A DNA stretch of 64,000 bases from Dictyostelium discoideum (taxonomy: Eukaryota), in the NCBI GenBank assembly GCA_000004695.1, contig CM000153.2, forward strand, positions 3,968,001 to 4,032,000, in the 5' to 3' direction. Below are positions 1-15,687 of the stretch, in pieces. Both the position numbers and the translations under genes were made by a program. The notes below the pieces were generated by a model. The model was not told where the DNA came from, did not search any database, and saw nothing but the letters and a program-made list of their open reading frames with translations. Every line of letters starts with the position of its first letter. Within the stretch, counting starts at the first letter, position 1.

Positions 1-1202
1 ATTTTGATTTTTTAGAGAGGTAGATAAAATTTAATATCTGTTTTATCATATGAATGACTTGTAAAAATGTGTGATAAATAATCTTAGAAATATACATCTC
101 TATAATAAAATTCTACTGATAGACCAATAACCAAAGTGTTTTAATAATTCTAAAATTTTAAAATAAGAATGAAAATTATTAAAAGTATCATGAAAGTAAG
201 ACCTATGGAAATCAAATAAATAATTTAATACACCAATTGAATAATATAAAATGTTGGTGGTACAATTGGGGAATCTAGAATTGATAACTTTTAACTTGTT
301 TGCATTAATTTAAATCGTGGATTGCACAGACAGATTAATGAAGATTCAATTCAGGCAATAAAATCAAACTATATTGCTTTTTATTATTAAAATTTATTGA
401 ATCAAATTCATTATAATAAAAATTTATTAATACTGATTTACCCATTTCGTTGGGTTTTGTTTTCTTTCAATTTTAATATTAATTTACAAATTCTAAATAT
501 CCTCTCATTTGATTTTTTTTTTTTTTTTTTTTTTTATTGGAATTAGAAATTAGAATGGAACCTTTTTTAATTCTTACTTTTATGGTAATATCGAATCTCT
601 AAAATTATAAAGGGAGATTATTTTATTAAGTTTTTTTTTATTTATTTTTTTCTATTTTTTTTTTTATTTTTTTTTTATTTTTTTATTTTTTTTATTTTTT
701 TTTTATTTTTTTTTTTTAAAAAGGAAAGAATAAAATGCTAAAAAACCCAAAAAAATTTGATTATCGATTTTGGAAATTCAAAAAAAAGTAAAATTTTGTA
801 ACAAAACCTTTTTAGGATAGATTATAAAAATATTTCCAAAGGTGGACGATCTTGATTAAAATTTTTTTTTTTTTTTTTGCACAAAAAGAAAATTTTTTTA
901 TTTTCCAAATAGTCATTTTACACAAACAATCAGTAAATCAAAGTTTAAAAATAATAATTTTATATAAATATTTTAATGAAATTAAAAAAAAAAAAAACCA
1001 ATTGCAACAAACTTAAAAATAATAATTTTTTATAAATATTTAAATCAAATAAAAATGTATAAAATAATTTAATAATCATTTTTATTTTAAAAAAAAAAAA
1101 ATCAATTTTTTATTAGGGTTATTTGTTGTTTTAATATGACTTGTTCAAAAACAGGGGTTAAAGATTTATCTCTGGACAAAACCATTTGATTCCATCTTCT
1201 AA

Positions 1203-1218
1203 TTGTTTAATAAAAGAA

Positions 1219-1249
<31 letters not shown>

Positions 1250-1356
1250 AAAAAAAAAAAAAAAAAGGAAAAAAAAAAAAAGGAAAAAAAAAAAAATTAA
1301 AAGAAAAAAAAAAGGAAAAAAAAAAAAAAAAAAAAAAAGGAAAAGGAAAAAAAAGG

Positions 1357-1435
<79 letters not shown>

Positions 1436-1436
1436 C
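1203..1436. repeat. A-rich tract of about 230 nt, interrupted only by occasional GG and one TT, ending in a near-pure run of about 75 A
   Basis: Read directly. The 80-aa poly-Lys ORF in the track is this tract, not a gene. Confidence 0.9.
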
Positions 1437-1791
1437 TTTAATTAAAGTAAATCTTTTAACTCATAGCTTTTGAACTTGGTAAATATATTTAATATACATA
1501 GAATATAATGTCCTATATTTATAATATTATTTTTTACAATTAAAATAACAATATCAATAATAAAAATAATTTTTTTTTTTTTATAAAATCAATTTAAATT
1601 TTAATTTAGTTGAAAAAAAGTAAGGTATTAAAACTTTATTTATATAATAAAAATATCTAAAAAAATGATTTGGATAATTTTAATATTTTTTTTTTTTTTT
1701 CTTCCTTTCTTTTTCTTTATTTTTTCTCTTAGATAAACTTGAAGAGTTCTTCAAAAACCTTTATTTCTAAATCTCACTGGCTGTAACTCAA

Positions 1792-2000
1792 TATTAAAAA
1801 GCTTTGTGAATACTTTTTCAACTGATCAATTGAATGGCTACTCCTAACTCAAATGTCCCAGTATTAAAATGCTATGAGAATAGCTTTGCAACTGCTCAAT
1901 TGAATGGCTACCCCTTACTCAAATAATCCAGTATTTAAATGCTATGTGAATAGTTTTGCAACTGCTCAATATAATGGCTAGAGATCACTCAACGATCTGG
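1792..2000. repeat. Three tandem copies of a roughly 70-bp unit (1792-1860, 1861-1930, 1931-2000), about 80% identical. Shared core is gcta[tc]g[at]gaata[gc]ttttgcaactgctcaat[at][gt]aatggcta.
   Basis: Direct alignment of the three consecutive units. Non-coding and markedly less AT-rich than the flanks. Confidence 0.85.
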
Positions 2001-2862
2001 TTTAATAAATTATTGGAGGTAACAAAGACTTTTCTCAAGGAGTTTTTAATGTCGGTTCCTCAATAATTGAATAATAAAAAAAATAAAATTAAAGAATAAT
2101 ATAAAACAATTAAAAAAATAGATTTTTTATCTTTTTTGTAGTCAAAATTAACATATTTCTAATTTGATTTTAAAAACATTTACCAATATTAATAAATTAA
2201 CATAAAATAAACTATAAACAAATTCATTAGGAAAATATCCGTTATTTTATTTTTTCACAACTATAATTTTTTTTGTTAAATTAATTGCCTTTTTTTTTCG
2301 AATTTTTAATTGTATTATTACTTTTGATTAAAACATCTTTTTTGTCCAAACTTTTTTCTTAATCTTTTTTATTTTATTTGTGGTCGGCTTCGTGATTGAT
2401 GTTGATGACATATTTGAATTGTTTTATTTTATTTGTGTTTTGTCTTGGCTTATTTTTTGTAGGCATTTGTATTGCATAATATTTGTGGTGTTTTTGTTTT
2501 TTTTAAAAGTCTTTTTATTTGAAAAATGAAATAATCAAATAAAAGAGATTGTAGTTGTTGGTTCACTAAAATGGAGCCTATTTTTTTTTTTTTAATGACC
2601 TCATCCCAATTTATTTAATAGAGGAATTCAAAGCGAATTTAATGATTAAATAATGGTAAAATAAAAAATTTGTTAGGTAGTAGGGCCACTCACCCCCCTT
2701 TTATTTTAAGAGTTTTTCAAAAAAAAAAAATTTTAAGTAAAAGCAAGGTATTGGATCGATAACATTGAGATATATATATATGAAAAATATATGATCTAAT
2801 TCGGGATTGTCCTTTTGTTTTTTAGTTTTAATTTATGTAAATATAATATTTTTTCAACAAAT

Positions 2863-2935
2863 GCCCAGATAGCTCAGTCGGTAGAGCGCAAGGCTTTTAA
2901 CCTTGTGGTCGGGGGTTCGAGCCCCCCTTTGGGCG
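2863..2935 (+). tRNA. tRNA-Lys, anticodon UUU, 73 nt, no encoded CCA
   Basis: The sequence folds as a cloverleaf. Acceptor stem is GCCCAGA paired with TTTGGGC, D arm is GCTC-AGTCGGTA-GAGC, anticodon loop is CTTTTAA with anticodon TTT, T arm is GGGGG-TTCGAGC-CCCCC, and the discriminator is G. It is near-identical to eukaryotic tRNA-Lys(UUU). Confidence 0.95.
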
Positions 2936-2964
2936 AATTTTTCAAACCACTCAATATAAGTCGA

Positions 2965-2977
2965 GTGTTCGATTCCC
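2965..2977 (+). promoter_or_regulatory. External B box (GTGTTCGATTCCC) about 30 nt downstream of the tRNA-Lys gene
   Basis: Matches the GGTTCGAATCC B-box consensus. Dictyostelium tRNA genes characteristically carry a second, external B box 30-40 bp beyond the 3' end. Confidence 0.7.
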
Positions 2978-3816
2978 TTCTAAAACTCAAAATAGAAACT
3001 GAAAAAAAACTTCAATGCTACATACCAACTATACAATTAATTTAAAATGTGTTAATTCAGAACATTCGTATTTAGAAACATAATAGGGTTAATAATGCAT
3101 CATATTTGGGTTTGGATATGCAATCAATATCGACAAACCTAAAAGAGATGAAAAACCAACAAATGGTACAAACTAGCTATTCAAGAATAAAAAAAGAAGT
3201 TAATTTTAAAATTAACTCTTTCAAAAGATCAGAACAATTTTAAAGACCCAAACAATTTCCTTAAACAAATAATCAAACAAATATTAACTCAAAATTTCAA
3301 AAAAAGAAAATAAATTAATAAAATAAACCTATTGCTGTTTATTTCCTTTAATGTGTAATCATTAATCAAAATAAAAAAAATGTTGACGTTCGAACTGAAA
3401 TGTTCTAACCGAATTCTTTGTAAAGAGTATATTAGAAAGTTTTAAAAGATAGTAAAAATACTCAATAGGCTGACAGATTTTATGTAACAAATAAATACTA
3501 TATGTAAATTACCTTAATAAATAATTCCAGAGTGGAGCCATTAATCTCTGATTTATGAGAATATGAATTAATTTGAGGAATTGAATTATTCTGTCCATTC
3601 ATTACCTTTTTGATTAATGTAAAATTGGTTTGCTCAAAATTTTAATTAAAAACATTATATTGTATCAATGATAATAAAAAAAAAATAAAAAATTTTATCA
3701 ACAGCATCTTTTGGTGCTCTAGAATGTTTTTTCATAAAACTATTTATTAAAATTTATAAATTGATTATTTTTTACTATAAATTATTGTCCCACACAAGCT
3801 ATATTATTTTAAAAAT

Positions 3817-4755
3817 CTATACTTTCTTAATGCAAACACCATATGGTCTAATATCTGCGTCATTTGGAGATATCCAATATTGAATATTGTCTATTTTTAT
3901 TACAGTCTTTGGATTGACTCTATTTTGAAATACTATTACATAATGACAATTATCTTTTTTAAAAGTTCTTCCATATGTTTTTGCAATGTCAATTGATGGT
4001 GTTGAGTATATACCAACCCCAAATGCAAATCCGGAACAACTTGATAGTTTATAACCTTCCATAGCAATTGGATTACAAGATTCCTCTTTTGTACCATGGT
4101 ATGAAACCAACCATTCGTTTGGACCATTACAAAATCCTAGCCAAGTTTTTCCATCAGTTTCTGTGTTATATTTATTTATATTTAATGCAAATCTCATCCA
4201 ACCACATGGGCGAGTATATACTTCACTACCACGACTATGAACAATTGAATCTTTGATGTTTGTAAAATCATAATCAAATGATGGCGAAATAAAACTATCA
4301 TTAATGAAATAAATAAAACTGGTACCACCTCCACCTCCTTTTAAACCAATTTCCATATGAATAGTTGATCCATAGGTAATGTTATAATCTGAAATTAGAT
4401 GATCATCTTCTAGTTTTTTCCCACAATAATATAATGTTTGAAATCTTACAGGTAAATCAATTTTATAACGAATTTTTCCCTTTATATTTTTTACCAATTC
4501 AGATTCTTTAACTTGAAGCCAAAATGATTCTCCATTTAATGGCTTTATTATGATATTTGTTGTTCTAATTTCTACTTGATTAATATAGTTAAAATCTGTA
4601 TTTGTTGACTGTTCATGTTGCAAAAAACGTTTGTGAAAAGATTCAACCTCTAAAGCAATAAAACTATACCCCAAATAATTTTGCTTTTCACTTTCATAAA
4701 TAACCAAATGATTATAAATTGCTGATAATCCAAGAGTTAATAAAGATTTATCCAT
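3817..4755 (-). CDS. Ubiquitin-like domain protein with a C-terminal PARP-like ADP-ribosyltransferase-fold domain. Single exon of 312 aa, starting at MDKS; the ORF-track Met upstream is a non-ATG start.
   Basis: A ubiquitin beta-grasp signature lies at residues 70-146 (IIIKPLNGESFWLQV...KIRYKIDLPVRFQTLYYCGKKLEDDHLISDYNITYGSTIHMEIGLKGGGGG). The C-terminal 160 aa carries LVSYHGT, then about 20 aa, then GFAFGVGIYSTPSIDIAKTY. This parallels the PARP1 catalytic core LLWHGS...[20 protein letters not shown]. Confidence 0.6.
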   Translation of the reverse strand: MDKSLLTLGLSAIYNHLVIYESEKQNYLGYSFIALEVESFHKRFLQHEQSTNTDFNYINQVEIRTTNIIIKPLNGESFWLQVKESELVKNIKGKIRYKIDLPVRFQTLYYCGKKLEDDHLISDYNITYGSTIHMEIGLKGGGGGTSFIYFINDSFISPSFDYDFTNIKDSIVHSRGSEVYTRPCGWMRFALNINKYNTETDGKTWLGFCNGPNEWLVSYHGTKEESCNPIAMEGYKLSSCSGFAFGVGIYSTPSIDIAKTYGRTFKKDNCHYVIVFQNRVNPKTVIKIDNIQYWISPNDADIRPYGVCIKKV

Positions 4756-5236
4756 TATATCAAAAAATAATGATAATAGCAATAGTAAACTAAATTAGAA
4801 AATTTTATTAATAGAATAAATTTTTTTTTTTTATAAAAAATTAGTAACCTTAAGATTTCAATACATGACTAAATTTAAATAATTAACTTAAAAGGTAATT
4901 TAAAACAATATAAATCTCTTATAATTTATAATATTAAATAAAACTATATTAAATGTAAACAACTTAAAAAAATAAAAAAAAATTTTAAAATTTTAAATTG
5001 TTCAAGTCCTTTTTTGGGAATATTCTGAAAAATCGATTTTGACATTTTCATTTTATTGTCAATGAAAAATAAAGAATTATTGTAAAATCTATTAATCTCT
5101 TTAGTCTTAAAAAAAACCAATCACATTAATTAAAAAGGGAAAATTAAAATGGAATCAAAAATATATAGTTAGTCATATTATTAATTTTAATATATAGTTA
5201 ACTATTATTAATTTTATTTTAAAACATTATATAAGA

Positions 5237-7427
5237 TTACATAAATTGGAATTCATCTAAGAATGCATTTACATCACGAAGATCAGCTTTTTGAACCAAA
5301 TCTTCTCTATTCATTAATCTGAAAACCATTTTCAAATTATCCCAAATGTTTGGAGCTGGATGGATTGCAATAGCACCCAAAAATGTTGTAGCTGATTCTT
5401 GAAACATATTTAAAGAGAGGTAACTGATACCAAGATTACTACGAGCTCTAACATAGGATGGTTTATGTTCCAATGCTTTAAAGTAAGCACCCAATGCCTC
5501 TTGAGAACGATTACTATTGGCTAAAGTTGCACCAAGTTTATTCCAAAGTTGATAATCGGTTGGTGAATTTTGAAGGGCAGCTTTAAAACAATCGACAGCT
5601 TTATCATAATCATAGGACATATTGTAGAGAAGACCGAGAGCAGTTTGTACCTCTGGATCAGGGTTGCTTGGTCTTGAACGAGCAGCCTCAATAAAGAGGT
5701 TAGTTGTGAATTCATGACGTGACCAAGTGTCTAAAAATGAGTTTGGATCGACAGAACCCTTGAATTGTTTATAGAGTGCTGTATATTCGGGTGTTCTTTG
5801 TAACCATTCTTCGAGGGTATCCAATGCACGCTCCTTTTGATAATCATTTGTATGACTAACTGCCAATGCTAATCTCGCTTTACTATTGGTTGGATCGATT
5901 TGTAATGATTTGATTAAACAAGTGGTTGCTTGACTATCTTGATCATTCTCTGCATGAGCGATACCTAAATACATCCAAGCCATTGCATTCTCTGGATTTC
6001 TCTTTACTTCACTCTCCAATGCAATGATTGAATCCGATAGATGACCTTCATTAAATAATCCCATACCACGTTCTAATGTATCGCTATCTCTTGCCTCTTG
6101 AATTGAGAATTGATATTCTTGAATACGATGTTGTGGTATATGTTCATGAAAATCATTATAATCCTCTGTCCATTGATCTGCTTGTTGTTGATACTCCTCT
6201 TGTCTCTTAAAATCTGGATTGTGTACAACATCTGAACCAACAATCGATGCCTCTCCACTATTCAATTGATTCATAAACTTCATGAAATTGGATTTCTTTA
6301 ATTTTGGATCATTAATTTGTGTAATTGGACGAGTTATATCACTAATGGTTCTACGTGCAGTCTCATCCCATGCTGCTTCAACTGATCTATCCGATTCTGT
6401 CCATGCTGAATCATATGGATGAAAATCATCTCCTTTATCCCATTCCTCATCTAATTCATAATCCTCTAAATCACCATCATCAAATAACTCTTGTTGATGT
6501 TGTTCATAATCTTCATATTCTTCTGGTAAATCATTTACATATTTTTGATATTGATCATATTGACCTGTTGTTGTTGTTGTAGTTGTTGTAGTAGTAGTTG
6601 TTGTATGATGTGGTTGTGAATCCCAAACTTGATCAAAATCATCACCAACTTCAATACCTAATGAATCTAACATTCTATTTAATTGATCCTCTTCAAATTG
6701 TTCTGATTCTCCGTTTGAAAAATGTTTTAACATAATACTAGATCTATTTTTAATCTTTGATTTATCTTCAAATGTTAATGGTAAATGATTTAATGATGAT
6801 GGATGAAATAATTGCTAAAAAAAAAAAAAAAATAATAATAATAATAATAAAATAATAATATTGAAATTTTTTTTGTTTTTCTTTTTGTTAATAATTATAT
6901 ATTATATTATATTGTATTATATATAAATATTTATTTTTATATGCTTACACCAGCTCTTGTAGAATTTATAAAATCTTGAAATAAAAATTGTAAATCACTT
7001 TCAACATTTGATAATGGTAATTCTTTATGTTCTCTTGGACCATCTCTTAAATTTAAATGTCTATCCATCATTAAATGAATGTCATCCTCTTGTCCCTCAC
7101 CATCAAATATACTATCTAAATGACGTTGTTCATTATATTCCTCTTCGTGACGATATAATGAATCATAAAATTCATTCTTTCCATGATCTTCAAATTTATC
7201 CTAAATATATGTGTGTATGTATATGTTATGTATATATTATTAATAAATTATTTAAATTTTAATATTAGTATGATATCTAATAAGAAACTATTATGTGTAA
7301 TATAAATTATTATTAGTTATTGTTTACATACATGATATGATCTTTCATTTGTAAAATGTTGAACGAAATTGCCAAGTGCGTTTGGTTCAGAGCATTCTCC
7401 TTCTACTAAATCTCTGAAAACTGACAT
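5237..7427 (-). CDS. pex5: Peroxisomal targeting signal 1 receptor PEX5. Three exons on the minus strand: 7427..7332, 7200..6949, 6814..5237, about 641 aa.
   Basis: Exon 1 encodes MSVFRDLVEGECSEPNALGNFVQHFT, matching the PEX5 N-terminus MAMRDLVEG...HFTQDK. The introns are GTATGT..TAG and GTAAGC..TAG. The C-terminal TPR region AMAWMYLGIAHAENDQDSQATTCL...ALAVSHTNDYQKERALDTLEEWL matches PEX5. Confidence 0.85.
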
Positions 7428-8038
7428 TATATTTATAAGTGTAGTATATTTATTTTAAAATAATAAAAAATAAAATTTTAAAAAAAAAAATTGTGTGTTT
7501 TTTTATTATTTTTTTATTTTAATTTATTTTTATTTGTTTTTTATGCGTATTAAAAAAAAAAAATATATATTTAATATTTCTTTTATTTTATTTTATTTGA
7601 AATGCACTGGGAGCTGGAAAAAAATCATGTTTTTTCAAAAAAAAAAAAAAAAAGAAAACCGCCTTGTAAATCAAAAAGAAAAGGTGGTTTTATGATTTTT
7701 TTTAAAAAAGATTAAAAAAAAAAAATTAAAATTAAAATTTGAGTTAAAAAAATAAAAATTTAAATGAGTTCCCAAAAAAAAAAAAAAAAAATTAATTTAA
7801 TTAAATAAAAATAAAAATCAAGTTGGGTACCCAAATCTTGTTTGGTAGTATAAGCAAAATTAAATAAAAAAATATCCATTTTTAATTTAAATTGGGATTA
7901 CTCATCCCTCTTTAAAAAAATTAAATAAAAAAAAAAAAAAAAAAATATATAAAAAAATAAAATAAAAAAAAAAAAAAAAAAAAGAATTAACAATTTTACA
8001 GGAAATATTATTTTTCATTTTTTTTGAATTTAAAAAAT

Positions 8039-8077
<39 letters not shown>

Positions 8078-8132
8078 AGGTATCATTTCATGATTATCTT
8101 TTTAAATTATTTTATTATTATTATTTTAGGTT

Positions 8133-12036
<3,904 letters not shown>

Positions 12037-12259
12037 AAAACAAATTAAAATATTTGTATTCTCTTTTTTTAAAATATTTTTTTTAAAATTTTATTTATCT
12101 ATTTTAAAATATTATTTATTGATAACTATATTGTAAAAGAAAAAAAGAAAAAAAAAAAAAGAACGAATTTAATTGAATATTCTTAAATAAACAATTAATA
12201 AGTCTTCTATTAACAACATCAATCGATATTGGTATTACTATATTAAATAAACCTTATTA

Positions 12260-12564
12260 TTATAATTTCATAAAATTTGATAAATTTGATGGTGAAGAAG
12301 ATATAACAACCCTTCTATGAAGTATTGGTGAAAAAACTTTTGATTTAGTGTTATCACGAGAAGGTGAATACGTTGAAAACTTTTTTAAAACCTTTTTACT
12401 ATTTCCACTTATACAAAGACTATCGAATGAATCCTCTAAATCTTCATTATTAGATGGATTCTCCACATCACAATTAATAATACTATTTTTATTTTCACGT
12501 TGAACAATATTATTCATTATACTATTATTTAAATTACTTCTTCTACTTATAATTATACTATTAC

Positions 12565-12627
<63 letters not shown>

Positions 12628-13591
12628 TATTATTATTATTACTATTATTATTATTATTACTATTACAATTACTCGTACAAACTAAACTATTACATTCTTG
12701 ATAATTATTTATACATTTATGAATAACATTACTATTGTTATTACTATTATTTGTACTATATATTAAAAGTGGTGATGGAGATATTGGTGATGAAGTTGGT
12801 GATGTTGCTGTAAATTTTAAACTTGCTAATGATTCTAATAATTGATTGGTTTTAGATAAATTTGATGATGAATTATTATTATATATTTCAACCATTCTCA
12901 TTTTTCTTTCATATTCCTAAGAAGAAGAAGAAGAAGAAAAAAAAAAAATATATTAATATTCCAATTAAAAAATGAATTAAATAAATAATAAATTAAATAT
13001 ATAGATATATGTGTATACTTTTTTCTTTTGACCAATTGATATTTTATGCATTGCAATCATTCTATGTTGTGAAATGAATACACCTTGTGAACTATTATTT
13101 GATGATAAGGATAGCGAAGAATTAAAATAATTAATACCATTTGGTGGTGATGGTGGTGGCGTATATAAAGTAATTCTGTTATCACTTGATAATGTTGGTG
13201 ATGTCATTGATATTGTAGTTGTTGTTGTTGTAGTGGTAGTTATAACTATATCATTAGCTTTACTACTACTACTACTATTATTATTATTATTATTACTCGT
13301 TCTTATTATTGTTTCTTCATAATTGTTATCTATGCTATTTTTATTGTCGCAAAGACTAATACCATTTAAATTTATATTATTTATATTATTTGAATCAATG
13401 TTGTTATTGTTGTTGTTGTTATTGTTGTTAGCATCAATAGACATCGTATTCATCATCGTTGATAAATCATTGCCACCAATAAAACCTTTTGAAACAATAT
13501 CATCACTACTGATACTGTTATTTTGTTGGTTTAAATTTAATGATGTTCTAAATGTTAAAAAGTCTGGAGAGGATGATAAAGGGTCAAACAT
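12260..13591 (-). CDS. Asn/Ser-rich low-complexity hypothetical protein. Two exons, 13591..13019 and 12916..12260.
   Basis: Two minus-strand ORFs join in frame across a 102-nt AT-rich intron (GTATAC..polyY-TAG). There is no recognisable domain. Both the exon junction and protein-coding status are uncertain. Confidence 0.4.
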
Positions 13592-14739
13592 TTTTTTTTT
13601 TATTTTATTATTATTATTTTTCTTTTTTTTCTTTTTTTTATAATTTTAAAAAAAAAAAATAAGATTTTATTTTTTTATTTTTTTATTTTTTTTTTTATAT
13701 AAAATATTATGTGTTATTATTATCTATTGTTTTGTTTTTGTTTTTGTTTTTATTTTTGTTTTTGTTTTTGTTTTTGTTTTTTTTTTTTTTTTTTGGTTTT
13801 TTTTTTTGGTTTTTTTTTTTGGTTTTTTTTTTTTTTTTTATATATAAAAATCAAAAGAGATATCTTTAATATTGTGTGTGTATGTGGGTGTGTGTTTGTG
13901 TGTTTGGATTAAGTTTTAATATATAATTTTTTAATAATGGATATATAAAAATTGCGAATAAGATCAAAAAAAGGTATGATTTTGTTTTTTTTTTTTTTTT
14001 TTTTTTTTTTTTTGTTAGGCGGGTATGGACGAAAAAAAAAAAAAAAATGAAAATAAAAAAAAAAAAAGGGTGGGACTTTAAAAATTTTTGTTTAGATAAT
14101 TTATATTAAAAAAAAAAATAAAAATAAAAATAAACAATAATAACAGTTATAAAAAAAAAAAAAAATAGAAACAAAGCAAAAATTGCCAACAATTGACAAA
14201 AAAAGTCAGGACAAAGAAAAAATTAAAAAAAAAAAATCAATAATTTTATATTTGTTGGGCAGTTTGCGAGCCTATTTTTGCTATTTATAAGATATTTTTT
14301 TTAAAAAAAAAAAACGTTAGTTGATATTATTTTTTTTTTATTTATTTTTTTTTTTTTTTTTCTCAAAAACCATCAAAAAAAAAAAAAACAGATTCGAAGC
14401 TTTTTTTTTTTTTTTTTTTTTGTCCATTTTTTGTTTTATTTTATTTTATTATTCTTTATAAAAAAAAAAAGAATAATAAATTGTTAATTAATATTAATAA
14501 TTATTAAATAGTTTACATTTATATTAAATATCGTATTCATTATATTTTGAAACTTATACAAAAAAATAAAAATAAAAATAAAAAATTATTAAGAAATCTC
14601 ACCCCTTTAATATTTTCAATACAAAAAAGGTAAAAAATTATAAAAAAAGTTTATTAATTCATTCAAAAAGTTGTCATTCAATTCAAACAATTCATAAATA
14701 TATTTCCTTTTTCTTTCTTGCATATTTGTTATAGGTCGT

Positions 14740-14793
<54 letters not shown>

Positions 14794-15223
14794 CCAAAAA
14801 ATCAAAGGGGGCCCCCTTGGGTTAATTTGGCAACCAAAAAAAAAAATTTTTTTTTAAATTTTTTTTTTTAAAATCCAAGGGTTTTAAAAAAAACCAGTAA
14901 AAATTTTTGGCAAAAAGCCTTTTGAATTGGGGACCCTTTTTTTTTTTTTTTTTTCCCAATTTTTTAAATTTTTCAAATTTTTTTAATTTTTTAAAAACCC
15001 CCCCCCCCTCCTTTAGGGGGAATTTTTTTAAAAAAAAAAAAAAAAATTTTTTTTTTTCGGCCAATAACAAATCAAGGAAGGTTTTTTTTTTTTTTTTTTT
15101 AAAAAAAACAAAAATTTTTTTCTTTTTTTTTTTATTTTTTAGTTTATACATATGTATAAATTTTATATGGGAACTATATCAAATTTATTTTTATAACACT
15201 ATAAATATCCAACCACACTTTTA

Positions 15224-15272
<49 letters not shown>

Positions 15273-15687
15273 CAAACCACACACACCATTATCATTTTTT
15301 ATATAAATCTTTATTTGTTTTTTTATTTATTTAATTTTATTTTTTAAAATTTTATACACTTTATTTTTATTTTTGTTTTTTATTTGATTAATAGCTTATT
15401 TTTTTAATTTTTTTTTTTTTAATAAATATTATTACATAGCGTACAATAAAAACGATAAAAACTATTAAAATAATAATAATAAATAATAATAATAATACTA
15501 ATAAAAAAAACAATATTATTTAAACTTAAATTTTATTAGAAACAATAGCATAAACCTTTTGTATTATATAATTTTAGTAACAACAAATCAAACAATAAAA
15601 TATCAAAATCAAAATAAAAAAAGAAAAAACAGTTGTAATAATAAATAATATTGGTAATAATAGTAGAAATAATAATAAAAATTAGAA

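Noticed and set aside
1203-1445. 80-aa poly-Lys ORF
   Set aside because: It is simply the translation of a roughly 230-nt A tract. It has no start context and no complexity.
2700-2862. Looked for a TRE5 or DGLT-A terminus about 48 bp or 15-30 bp upstream of the tRNA
   Set aside because: Only AT-rich simple sequence is present, with no retroelement terminus.
2815-3045. 76-aa ORF spanning the tRNA
   Set aside because: The region is the tRNA-Lys gene and its B box, not protein-coding.
7008-7262. 84-aa plus-strand ORF
   Set aside because: It lies antisense to PEX5 exon 2 and intron 1.
13323-15236. Assorted short ORFs (13323..13643, 13709..13912, 14822..15236) in the 13.6-15.7 kb intergenic region
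   Set aside because: They are made of (TTTTTG)n and homopolymer stutter. There is no coding composition.
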